Part shown: one piece after another, positions 19,858-31,248 of the stretch
Layout: every line of letters begins with the position of its first letter
Numbering within the stretch: position 1 is the stretch's first letter
Assembly: GCA_000442015.1 (NCBI GenBank)
Contig: KE560855.1
Coordinates: forward strand, 1-32,400
DNA: 32,400 nt
Source of the DNA: Rozella allomycis CSF55
Taxonomy: Eukaryota
Reading direction: 5' to 3'
Translations under genes and position numbers: made by a program
Notes under the pieces: generated by a model
What the model was told of the DNA's origin: nothing
The model's input: the letters and a program-made list of their open reading frames with translations, nothing else
Database searches by the model: none

Positions 19858-21468
19858 TTATTCAATTTTTTCAACAAAGTTGGATGGGAATAGACCTCTC
19901 AGATTAGTTCGTTCATTTTTTCCTTGGTACCAAGGATCCTGTTCAAGGGAATTCACTTGTAATATGTCTCCTTCCCGTAGGTCAATTTCTTCTTGGTCCT
20001 GCTTGCTGTATTCAAATATCGCTCTAACTACCTAAAATTCAGACTTGATTTATACCTTTGAAAATAACTCGATCTTCTTGATCAGTTTCACCTTTCATCA
20101 AAGTATTCGGTATGTTTGACATACTCCATTCAATGGGGTCATTTGAAAATAAATTGTTAAGATCGTTTTTAAGAAAAGGAGGGTCAACAGTAGGCGTACT
20201 AACGTTTAATTCGAACTTGTTAATCTTATTCTCGACTTGAGCAAGATCAGGTGCTGAAGGACTCTCCGTCATTTTCTGCATTCGGGTATCGAAATCAGTA
20301 GAGTTGTAACCAGATGGAGTAGCTATTGAATTTTGAGATGTTGATATATTAGCCGGGTGGATAGATTCAGTTTGATCAAATTTACTTGTACCGGAATAAA
20401 AATTTACGTATTCAAGAGGAGCTAATTATTAAATACAAATGATTATACTCGGTACATCTTTTCCAGTTTGATTTGTTTGAACAAACAATGTTAAGTCCGT
20501 TTCTTGATTAATCTTTTCAATAGACTCTTGAGATCGCCCAATAGCCTCTTTAGTGTTTTTAATTATATCTACCTTTTGAATAATATTACACATATCGTTA
20601 GATAAAGCGGTGTAGTTCATGAAAAAACCTTTGGTTTTCAAGATTCTTTCCCTTTCCATCTTTTCAAAAACCTTATAAATCAGGTGATTATAGTTTACTT
20701 CACACGCATTTTTCATATCTTCAGTCCATTTTGTAAATGCTACTTTGCAATTCTGAATGTTTGAAAAGTACTCGGCATCTGTTTTACATTTTAAAGCATA
20801 GTACCAGATATTTCTGTGTTTACTATTGCTTTCTTGACTTTTGCTTCAAATTTATCAATGTCTTTCTGGTTGCTTCCATTAGGCGGTCGTGTAGCCAGTA
20901 AAGCTTCTTTTTCTTCACATCTCTGAACGTATTTCTCCCTAGATTTCATTGCCAGTTGAGACGTAGAAGTTTTCATCTTTAAACTTTTTAATACGATAGA
21001 TTTTTGCTAAATGGGCTTCATTTTATATAACTACTTGGTTTTTAGAGTCTCTTTGTGTGACAATGAATTCCATTAACGGCTTTTCGATTTCCTCTTTTAG
21101 TTTGGACGAGAAAGTTAAGTGCTGATTAGATATCATTTCAACTTGTCGGCTAACAACCTCTATCGCCTCTTTTAATGTCCTTGATGTCTAAAACTACCAT
21201 TTGGTATACCCTGTGTCCTCTTTTGATAGCAGAACCTTGCTTAGTTTGTATAATTTTTTTGAATATTCTTCTTCGATGGTAATTCTTTTGAATTTATACA
21301 AATTATGAATGTTTACAGTTGTTCAAAAAAATTGTGAATAGAAATGCTTGTGTGCTTTCCTTGATGCAATCTTTGAAGAAGAACTTCAATACCTTTGTCT
21401 TCTTTGCCCTTTTTTAAATGAAAAATGAAATATTGTACCCAAAAATGTTCTTGGAATCTGACGACCAT
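19858..21468 (-). CDS. F-BAR (FCH) plus C-terminal SH3 protein, Cdc15/Hof1/Imp2-PSTPIP family
   Basis: FCH domain MVVRFQEHFW|GKEDKGIEVLLQRLHQGK..|ITIEEEYSKKLYKLSK, then coiled coils with FEKMERERI. SH3: VRAIFEYSKQDQEEIDLREGDILQV..DPWYQG..GLFPSNFVE. About eight mini-introns. Confidence 0.9.
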
Positions 21469-21731
21469 TTCACGTAAATATTGACCGTTGCCAAACCCCT
21501 AGAAACGAATTGATAATGTCAAATGTGAATTATGTGATAGAAAAACAGTCAAAAATGTCTATATTAATAAAAATAGTGGAGTGAAATTAATTTTATTGAT
21601 ACTTTAACCTTGTTACTGAATAGTGAGAATTTCATGAGCAACTTTGAATCTTAAATAGAAATATTTATTGAAATAGCAACAAATAATAGAGTGGGATTAA
21701 ATGTAAAAATGAATGTCAGAAATTTCTGAAA

Positions 21732-21743
21732 TTTGGCGCCAAA
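21732..21743. promoter_or_regulatory. Perfect E2F-type palindrome TTTGGCGCCAAA, 3 nt upstream of the Cdc11/Nud1-like ATG
   Basis: atttggcgccaaaacaATG: a 12-bp palindrome matching the E2F consensus TTTSSCGC on both strands. Function is not shown. Confidence 0.5.
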
Positions 21744-21746
21744 ACA

Positions 21747-24700
21747 ATGGCATTAGAAAGAAGAGTTTGGGAAACAGACGGGCTTGCTGAGCTTGATCAG
21801 TGGTATGAAACACCATTTCTGAATGAAAACGGGGCTGATATGGGATTTAATAGCCCACTGTCATTTCACGAATCCTCATTTGAATCAAATGACTCTGTTC
21901 CTATGCAAAGTATAATGAAAAGCGATACTGTTATTGTACAGAAGAATAATTTGATGTCAGAAAATAGTGTTGATGTGAAACATAAGAATCAAAGTTTACC
22001 ATGGCAAGGGTCAGAATTGCATGACATGTTTGCAGGACTTCCGCTGGAGCGCTTATTTGAAAAGCACGAAAGAGACACTAATGACGATAAGAGTAGTTGT
22101 ATGGGGAATAAGAATAATGTTAATGAGTCTGTAGATAAAGTGAAGAGATACTGCGAGTCCAGTATTGTATTTGAAACCAAAGACAAAGAGAATATTGTAT
22201 ATGAAACTGAGGACAAAGGAAATATTGTATTTAAAAGCAAAGATGAAGAAAGCATTGTATTTGAAAGCAAAGATGAAGAGAGTATAGTGTTTGAAAGAAA
22301 CGACAAGGAAATGTTTATAGAAGATATAATAAATAAAAGTACTCCCTGTGGACGTAATGTGAAGATTGTTGATGAGGAGAATTTGCCAACGCGCACTACG
22401 GCTGAGGATTTGTCAAAGAACCCGATATCATTTCAAACCCCAAAGATTGACCCATCATTTTCAGCTAGTACGCCTATTTGGAATAAAGTGAAGCCACCGA
22501 AAGGGGCTGTGTGGGAAGGCAAAAAGCTAGACCAGCCGTCGATGATTCAGCCCAACATGTCAAAAGTAACGCAAGCGTATAGTCAGGATACCATGAATAG
22601 GTTTAGCATGGTGTTGAATAGCCAGCCGAGTATTATTAGTTCGAATTCATCGAGACAAGCGATTATAGCCAAGCCAGCTGTAAAGGATAAGTATCCATCT
22701 GACATTGATGATTTGAGTGATGTTCCAGTGTCATCCTCTAATGGTTCATCATTGAACAAGATGAGTAATAGAAGAGCGAGATTAGAAGGGAATAACCAAC
22801 GAAATAAATTTAATGATGAGAATGATCAACGAAATAAATTTAATGATGAGAATGTTGATCCAAATAAATTAATAAATTTTGAGGCATATGAAACAAAAAA
22901 GGTGCTGAGTAGTTCAGATGGATCATCTATAAAGGAGGGGTTTAGTAAATTGAGTGTAGGTCTTTCCCCTGGATTTAAGAATCAAATGAAGAAGAATAAA
23001 GAAAGTTTTCAAGTAAAAATGATTAAATGTTTGAATTGTAGAAGATTGAAAAGATATTTTCATCGCCTAAAGTTGAAGAGTCGCCAGATCACACGCAGTG
23101 GAGTGTGTCACCTATCATATTCAAGGTTGAGCCAAATCACCAGCAGTGGAGTCAATTGTTTGCGTTAGATTTGAGTCAGAATCAATTGAATGGGATTGAT
23201 GATTTGGATAAATTTTGTCCCAATTTAAAATTTCTAGTCTTGTAAGAGAAAAGATTTGAATAAACAGAAATCAAAATTCTATTACAACATTGAAGAATTT
23301 GCCAGATAAATTGGTTAGTTTGATTGCAAGATCTAATGAACTGACGAGGGTAGATTTGCCAAGTTCATTGAAAGAAATCGATTTAATGTACAATGAGATT
23401 AAAGAAAGATATTCAAATATGTAGGTAAAATGAATAGAATTTAATCAAGAGATTTATTTCATTGTGTTAGATTGGAAACGTTGAATATTGGACATAATAA
23501 ACTAGAGAGAATGCCAGTGTTGAATAAAAGAATTAAAAAGATTAATTTAAGAGGAAATTTTATTAAAGAATTGGGAACAGAAAGATTTTTAGAATTAGAA
23601 GAGTTTGACATTTCTTTTAATAAAGTTGAACAAATTAATATTGAATGTTATCCAAAGTTGAAAGTGTTGAATATTTGTAAATTTAATTCTTTTCAATAAT
23701 AGATGAAAATAAATTTGAAAGATTTTATGGAGATCAAAATAATTTAGAAGATTTGAATATTGGCGCGAATAGATTAAAAACCCTTGTAGTTAGTAAATTT
23801 GTGTCATTGAAAAAACTCAAAATATCAGATCAAGATAAATTCAATATTCTAGGAATTCCAAATTGTTTAAATTTAGAAGAATTTGAAGCTTCTAATCTAG
23901 AAGAAACAGATCTATCTCAAAACATAAATTTAAGAATTTTAACCCTGAAAAGTAAAAAATAGATCATTCTAAAAATAGATTGCAAAATAGATCTTCTTTC
24001 AATTAGATTTTTATTAAATTTAGAATATTTTTCATTCACGTGCAACAATCTACAAAATTTACCAAATGATTTTGGAAATTGGATGTTAAAACTAAAATTT
24101 TTAGATTTATCAAACAATAAATTAGATTCTATTTGTGATCTAAACAAGATTGAAAATTTAGAATCTATAAATCTTTCTTTCAATTCTTTTAAAAATATTT
24201 CAAATCTCTTGAATAGTTTTAGAAAAAATAAATTAAAGAAAATTGATCTAAGGTAAATCTATTACATTCTAAAAATAGAAATAATCCCATAAATGATGGA
24301 TTTTATCCAGACATTAATTCTTTTGATCATTTCAATGAATTAGATTGGAAGAAATGCGATGATGCTTTCATTTTAAATCTTTCTGATAAATCTTCTGTTA
24401 AAAGATTAACTTACAGATCTCTTTTAATCTCAAATTTCTCTTCTTCTATTGAATTCCTAGATGGCCTCAAAATAAATCAATCTGAAATCATCTCTTCTTT
24501 CAAAACAATGAAAAAATTATCAATCTTTCAAAAAAAGAGAAACAAAAACAAAAAAGATCTAAAAGTAAATTATCTTGTAAATCTATAAAAGAATTTTGAA
24601 ATTAATTCAGTAGAGATGAAAGAAATGGAGAAAGAAAGTGGGAAAGAATCAATGGAGTCAAGGGAAATTTCAAATGCAACAACAGTAATGTCAATGGCAA

Positions 24701-24843
24701 AAGGAGTGTCAAGTACAGAAGGAGCGTCAATGGCAAAAGGAGAAATATCAAATATAACAACAAAAATGTCAATGGCAAAGAGAGAAATTCTTCAGGCTAT
24801 CGAAAATGTAAAGGACAAAATAATTCAATCAACAATTTTATAA
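21747..24843 (+). CDS. Cdc11/Nud1-like spindle-pole/centrosome SIN-MEN scaffold (disordered N-half, LRR C-half)
   Basis: After intron 23013-23041: VEPNHQQWSQLFALDLSQNQLNGIDDLDKFCPNL, then many LxLxxNxL repeats, and the cap IDLR|NNPINDGFYP..W..D..F..L...KRLTYR..LDG typical of Cdc11/Nud1. Intron 24565-24591 joins ORF 24616-24843 in frame. Confidence 0.78.
22161..22310 (+). repeat. Coding minisatellite, 5 x 30 bp (10-aa unit SIVFESKDEE)
   Basis: Units start at 22161, 22191, 22221, 22251 and 22281, for example agcattgtatttgaaagcaaagatgaagag. Confidence 0.92.
22791..22870 (+). repeat. Coding minisatellite, about 2.7 x 30 bp (NDQRNKFNDE)
   Basis: caacgaaataaatttaatgatgagaatg occurs twice at 30-bp spacing, plus a partial third copy. 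Confidence 0.88.
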
Positions 24844-24903
24844 ATTTAAATTTCACTTTCATCAAAATTTCTCCAATTAAATTAATATAAAAGTAAGTCT
24901 GAT

Positions 24904-25728
24904 TTATTCATTATTAAATATATCCATTTCTTCTTCTGAGCTTTCCAGCCATTCATCTGTTGTCATTTGAGTCATATTTCTATCATACCCCCTTTGAAAT
25001 AATCTTACCCGACAGAGTGTAATGATACAAACACTATCCTCTTCAGCTTTCTATTCAAAAAGAAAAAATTAAACATCCATCTATTATTAATACTCAAATG
25101 AATTACGCTCCTCCATCTTCAGTAAATGGATCATTGTCCGAATCTGGTACATATGAATATATCTCACTTTCTTTCGGTTTTATACTATCTTCAAGTGCAT
25201 CCCACACCTGCCTCGCAATATCATTAGACCCAGTCCTTTCATCACTACATCACTCTCCTTACGTCTTCATATGCGCTATAACATTCGTATTGATCACCGA
25301 CACCACATCTCTCAATTGATGGCGATGGAAATGCTCAGGCTGTGCTTCTGAAAAATCATAATCAGGAAATACTGAATTCAACACACTAATCAAAAAGAAT
25401 AATGTTTTTCTCGCTGAACTCCGCGTCATAGGCCCAAATGATGTATCTCGCCACGTGGGATGATACTTTACCCACTCCTCTTCATCAGTCGTTGTTCCAG
25501 GTGACGTACTAAGCTCAACACTATTACACCCCATTTCACATAGGTATTTCGTTTCCAACTTTTTGTACAGTTTACGATCTGTGGACACTGCCTTGCACGA
25601 ATATGCCTCGGCCCTAAATACCGCCCGCCTCGCATTGACAGTGGCACAATGTGACAATGAACTATTCAAAAACTCTAAACTCGGAATCTATAAATTTATA
25701 TCTCATCACTTACCTCCATAAATTTCAT
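24904..25728 (-). CDS. MAF1: Repressor of RNA polymerase III transcription Maf1
   Basis: MKFME|IPSLEFLNSSL..RAEAYSCK...DRKLYKKL, RKTLFFLISVLNSVFPDYDFS, EIYSYVPDSDNDPFTEDG..WMFNFFFLNRKLKRIVF, and an acidic tail. Four mini-introns. Confidence 0.96.
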
Positions 25729-25914
25729 TCCTTATAAATCAAACCTCCTGTTTGTGGCTTGGCTTCGCTGTAATTTAGATCATATCAGATTAGCATACAC
25801 ACTTGCAATTAGTAATTTGTTGTTAAAAATGCCGACTTTGGTTTCAGATTTATTTTAACATCATCTGAAAGGTCAACTTTTCAAAAGTAGATAATTTACC
25901 CCGACTTTAAGGCG

Positions 25915-26742
25915 AATTTCCTGCTATTCCTTTGCAACCTAATACCTTTTTCTCTCTATTAGAACAGACTTTGTCTAATGCAGAAATTGAATATTTGAAT
26001 CAGGTGCCATATAGAAGCGTTATTGGATCATTACATTATTTGGCAAGAGGAAGCAGACCAGATCTTGCATTTGTAACTGGCATGCTAAGCCACTATCAAG
26101 AGAATCCGAGAGCAGAACATTGGAAAAGTTCAAAAACAGTTTTAAAATATCTTTGCAGTACTCAAGACAACGGAATTCGATTGGGAGGAAACGGATCTTT
26201 AAACTTAGAAGGGTATTCTAACTCAGATTGGGCACAGGAGCCAGACACAAGGAAAGATACATCTGGTTATGTATTTAAACTTGCAAACAACCATTTCTCT
26301 TTCATCTTGTGAAGCTAAGTTTATTGCATTGACTGTTGCAACCCAGGAAGCACTTTGGTTAAAAGAACTTATTAATAGAGCTCAAGAATATTAAAGTATT
26401 AATGAAACACCTGTTAAAGTTTTTGGAGACAATCAAGGCAACAAACACACTTCTAGAACAAAGCACATTGATATCAAGTATAAATTCATAAGGCATGAAG
26501 TCTATTGAAAATCAATATCACTTCATTACTGCCCGCTGCAAACAATGAGAGCTCTTCCACAAGTCACACTAAATATTCTCAAAAAGACAATAGGCATGCA
26601 GCATGCATATCGACGGCTAGTGTTGCTATTCAATAACTCATGATCATGCTGCCTTCCTAATTAGGAAACTCGTCAAAAATATAAAAAGAACCCATGACCT
26701 AAATAAAACGTGCGTAAACTTATTTTGTTGCCATCGCTAACA
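25915..26742 (+). mobile_element. Degenerate Ty1/copia retrotransposon 3' part (RT C-terminus, RNase H, putative short 3' LTR)
   Basis: VPYRSVIGSLHYLARGSRPDLAF, HWKSSKTVLKYL, GYSNSDWA..RKDTSGYVF, SSCEAKFIAL..ATQEALWLKEL, GDNQG, RTKHIDIKYKFIR, with frameshifts and deletions. Confidence 0.92.
26621..26742 (+). repeat. Putative 122-bp 3' LTR of the copia element
   Basis: Starts TGTTG right after the RNase H end and a decayed PPT-like stretch (cgacggctag), ends TAACA, and contains TATAAA (about 26680) and AATAAA (26702). No second copy is in the window. Confidence 0.45.
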
Positions 26743-26799
26743 CATTTTTGAAAATCAGAGACTGTGGGCAGAGTCCGCATTGTGAGAAGCTGACTGAAC

Positions 26800-29140
26800 G
26801 AAACGTGTTTATAGCTTAATGGATCTATACAGCTTTTGTGCTCAAATTCCAATTGATGTGCGAGTCATAGATATGTCAGCAATGAAGAATACCTCTTGCG
26901 GATTCGTAATGTAGCACAGGAATGTACAAACTCGGTTACCTGTGCTCAACGGTTAACCTCAAAATCTTAAACGCCTTTATGCCGGAAGTTTGTAAATTGT
27001 GAATTGATGAAATGACATTAAAGTGAGGCCAGGTGACGGATATAACTGACGATGAGTTTGAAGTTCAAACATGTATAGCCTATCATTTAAACAGATTTGG
27101 AAACAATGTTTGATTTAATGCTTAGGTCGACGTTAACAGTGGGTGGCGAAAAATGTCTTCTTGTGTTTCTGAAATTACCATTTTAAGTTATGTTGGCATT
27201 GCGTCGGATCCCATTTTCCAAGAGCCTAATTGCGACGATGATGATAGACCACCTATCGTTGTTTATGACGCAAGTTAAGATGCTTCAGGAGGAGTTTTGG
27301 AACAAGTCAAGAGTGATAGAAAAAGGCATCCTTGTAGCTTCGAGCAACGCTATTAAACGAAGTTAAACAAAAGTATTCTATTGTCAAAGAAAAATGTTTG
27401 GCAGTCGTTCATAATCTAAAAAGTTTAATTGTGCTTTCCTATTTTAGTTTACTTCTAGTGAGTTTCCTGATCCGAAAATTGCGAGGTGGATTACGTTTAT
27501 ACGATATCTTAATGTGGACGATGCCTTAAGTAGGAGAGAATACGATACGGGAAATATAGATAAGGACATTGATGATGATATAGATGTTATGTCAGTTGGA
27601 TGATAATAACAGTTTTTTAAATTTATTGGTTTCGCACTTTTAGTTTGAGCGTCATTCATTTCTGATATTTGAAAATATCTTTGTCAGTATTTGTTACGGT
27701 TGAATGCACCAAATAATATCTCTCGTCGGGAAGGCTCTTACAAGACATAAGCCTTCTCTTATTACTGGGATGGAATGTATGAAGATGTGGAGGAGTATGT
27801 GAAGAGTTGTTGCGATTGTAAACGAATGTCAAAACCTAAACAAACTGAGTTATTATATTCAAATAAATACAATTACGGAGTTCGTAGTATTGAACATGTT
27901 GACTTAGTACCGTGTTTTGAAAAAGATTTGCGACACAAATTGTGGCGTAACATTGACGTAACCATAGGCAATTTTTGTACATTTTGTACAACACAAAAAT
28001 GACTCGTCGTAACACGTACGAAAGATCGCGGATGCAAAGAAAGTATTGCAATAGAAGTAGTAGGTATTAAGAAGAGCTCTAATGGGCGAAGCTGCTTGGC
28101 CAATTAGTCCAATGCGCTCAAAATTTCTCCATAATTAAAAGATATCGACTTTTATTTAAATATGGTGTTAACACTGCAATTGTCCAATTCATCATTTCAA
28201 TTTGTTTCATGTATTCAGCGTCATTTACTGTGGCCACGCATTCTTCATTAAAGAACGAATCGCTTTTGTTTTCACGTTCTATCCTGCCATTCTTTTTTCC
28301 ATGACAAAGAACAGAAGGTTTCACAGAGAGTGTTACATGTAATCCAACTGTTATATTTTTTTTGGCTTTTACGTTGCTCCGGGCTTTGATTGTTTTGATT
28401 CCGCGGGGCCAAGTCCTTTTACTGGTGTTTCATCAAAAGTAATTATACAATCAGGATCAAAATTCACTTTCAAAATATGATTGTCAGTTAAACATGCTGC
28501 TTGTTTTGCTTCAGGGTTAAAGGGGACAGTAGAAGCGACGTGAGTAATAGCGCGTGAAACAACATTATATATTTTTAAAATATAATTAACAAAATTTAGG
28601 CGTTTTGAAAAATTATAAAATTCATCTTTGTGTTTTGTCAAGAGCTCTATGGCAACCAAAGTACCGTTCACGTGAAAGAAATAAGCCCCAACCTCGCACA
28701 TACTGCAAAACAAAATGTTCAAATGGAATACAATCCGGTAATAATGCTTAACGAAAAATGGTAAAACTTGTTTTGTTAATGATAGAGACTCGCTGACAGG
28801 ATTTGTGGAAGGCAAAGAATTAAAATTTAGGAAGAGCTCAGGTGTTTCAAAATTTCTAAAAGATTACATTTCCAGATATGGTTGTGTCGGTCAATTCGTG
28901 CCGACAGCAGAGAGCTTGATGAAGCAAAAATTATAGCTTACGGAATTAATATGGTATTTAAGTCCAGCTATCATCCCCAGGAAAAATGGTTTGTCGAGCG
29001 AAGACACCAGGCACTTGAACAAGCGTTGACGAGTTGGTTGGGTGAAGAAAGGGATCATTTGTGGCCGGATTATTTCCATTAGTCATTCTGGCAGATTATA
29101 TTACGGAACAGAATTAACTGGTTACTTCCCTTTTCGGAAC
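26800..29140 (+). mobile_element. Degenerate Ty3/gypsy pol (RT, RNase H, integrase), interrupted by a DNA transposon
   Basis: RT: DLYSFCAQIPID..LLRIRNVAQECTNSVTCAQR, LTVGGEK. RNase H: RPPIVVYDAS*DASGGVLEQ..RHPC. Integrase: YYWDGMYEDVEEYVKSCCDC, HVDLV//RDSLTGFVEGK..VSKFL..ISRYG, SSYHPQ..VERRHQ. Many stops and frameshifts. Confidence 0.88.
27910..28738 (-). mobile_element. Internally deleted pogo/Tc2-like DDE DNA transposon inserted at TA
   Basis: Transposase remnants NVVSRAITHV, IITFDETPV, KPSVLCHGK and LLIMEKF. Flanked by TA (27908-27909, 28739-28740) with decayed inverted ends CCGTGTTTT / CCGGATTGT. Confidence 0.7.
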
Positions 29141-29949
29141 AAAATGTAGCTTACGTGCTGCATTTCAAGCTACACCCTTGAATGGAAGTATCTATGAAAA
29201 GATAAGCTTTACCGGAAGCAGCAAGGATAACACAACCAGCAAAAATTACCTGAAAACATAGTTACAGATTAGAGGACAACTTTTTATCTTGAGTATGACA
29301 ATTTGCCAGGTAGGAGTAAACGGCGTCAACTCTTTCAAAATTCCTAAATAGCAAGAACATTTATTGATACTCGATACTCTTTTACCGCGGCAGGCGTACC
29401 TTAAACCAACGGCAGAAAAAAGTGATACTTAAACTGGCCGTAAATAACCGCATTGTACAAATTCTATATAAGGCTTACATAATGTCAAGAGCTATATAGT
29501 CTGAACATATGGAGATAGAATTATTTAGCATTTAATACGCATAGTCAAATAATTAATGATCTATGTTAAAGCAATAGCCACAAATACGAAACGAATTGCA
29601 TTATTACTTTGACAGGCGCATTAAATGAAACTTGTTTTCATTATTGCCTCTCCACAACAGATGACGCATAGACCTCACTACCACAAGGAATGCGGTAAAA
29701 CCGGAAATAAACATTTACGAAACACTCTTTTTAAATCTCTTACGGACGTGATGACCACCGCCATTTAGGAACGGATAGGGAAGGAGGCACAATTCTTGCC
29801 AAAACAAGAATTAATGCTCCAAATATGGCTGCGGTTAATCCAAGTAATTTATATGATAATTAAAAAACTGGGACATACACTAATGAAGGGTACAACACTC
29901 CAAGGGCTCATTGACCTATTCAAATAAACCCATTATCATTATTGTCATC

Positions 29950-30290
29950 TGTAACGACACGTTAACTGATAATTTCTTTTGATTATCTTCTAAGAACCTT
30001 AAATTTGCTTTTATAAATTTGCAGAGTCAGTCAAGAAAGGAGTTTATCAAAACATTAGAACACAAACGACAATCAATTGGACGTCTGAGAAACTTGCATC
30101 TACAAAAGTTTCAAATTTGGTTGTTGATCGATGGACATTAGGGTGCCATCCAATCTCCAAATATTCCAGGGTTTTCAATGCTGCACGCAATGGGTTCTAC
30201 TCTAAAATAACTAATTATTGTGTGTCATATTTTATGGGGTCTACGACTGGGTGCACATATGTAGTGCACTACATTTGCGAATGCCGTAAG
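29950..30290 (-). mobile_element. Second highly decayed copia-type RT-end/RNase H fragment
   Basis: The minus strand gives LPY..CS.LH.CT.S, IKYDTQ*L...NPLRAALKTLEYL and KFETFVDASFSD, resembling copia PY..GSL.Y..RPDI.YA..AA..VL.YL..FVDASFAD. Confidence 0.42.
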
Positions 30291-31248
30291 GTAATGCGAC
30301 CGGTCAAAATACACACGCGTCGATGACACATGTTACGGTGACACGAAACCTAAACAAACAATATCCATGGCATGTTCTGAATTGTGAAACAGGAGGTGAT
30401 TGAATTTGCACCAATATATGACTAATCATTGTTTTTAGCACAATGAATGGATTTGAAATTTGTTTTGTAGCAAGCATAGTACGCTTCCTGTGTCATAACG
30501 TGCTGCCAGATTTTGTTGAGTGGTGTGACAATAAAATTTGTTTTATACCAAACAACGTACGTTCTAGAATTCCTGACGTTCTGCCACAGGTTTTTTGGTT
30601 TTTTTGGTACTGTGACCTTTTCTATGGCTGCATTGGGTAAAACCGGCCCGTCCAAACCAATACACACAATTCCCAAAAACAAAACAAATTAAAAACATAT
30701 AGTTATGTATTAAAGCCAAATAGCGGTACTTTGTTTGATGTTGCGTAACCTTTGGCTGTCTGGATTAACGATTGTAAACTGAATGCGATAAGATTAACTC
30801 ACAATACGGATTAAATGAAAAAAGCACAACACATTAACATTTACCAAATGGTCTCATTTTAGAAAATGTATTAACAAAGGGAAAATATATATGCAATATA
30901 TGAATACAGGAATATATGGACACGAAAGATATGACAGCATGCAGGCGAATTAACGACCCCAAGAGGCATTTGAGAGATATAGGACATCAATGGGACATTA
31001 TGCTCTGAGAGGCCAATTAATGTTCAAGTCCGTAAATAGCATCAAAAGGTTGAGGAGTACAGCAAGTATGACGTTAACAACAAATTGTTTCTTCCTTATA
31101 TTATGTCGTATTGAACACACAAACAAAGAAGCTAAATACTGTTTGATTCGATGGACCTAATTTTTTGTTTATTTTGCACGGCTAAATTTAACTTGCGATA
31201 AGCAAAATGATGATGTGAAGCTCTTCTTTTTAAATTCAACAATTCTGT

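Noticed and set aside
22161-22310. 30-bp repeats as a CRISPR array
   Set aside because: The units are directly adjacent with no unique spacers, are in frame in a eukaryotic CDS, and no cas genes are present.
1-25728. Fragmented ORFs as pseudogenes or an alternative genetic code
   Set aside because: Nearly all breaks are bridged by short GT-AG introns that restore conserved motifs under the standard code.
25750-25830. U6 snRNA-like GATTAGCAT segment upstream of MAF1
   Set aside because: No ACAGAGA box and no further U6 similarity; the match is too short.
29150-29950. Possible gene fragments in the middle of the TE cluster
   Set aside because: The frames I translated contain stops and gave no recognisable motif or consistent intron pattern.
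30780-31085. Possible LTR beginning TGTT on the minus strand after a purine-rich run (similar candidate near 29897)
   Set aside because: No second copy or clear matching terminus, and the adjacent copia piece lacks RNase H at this side.
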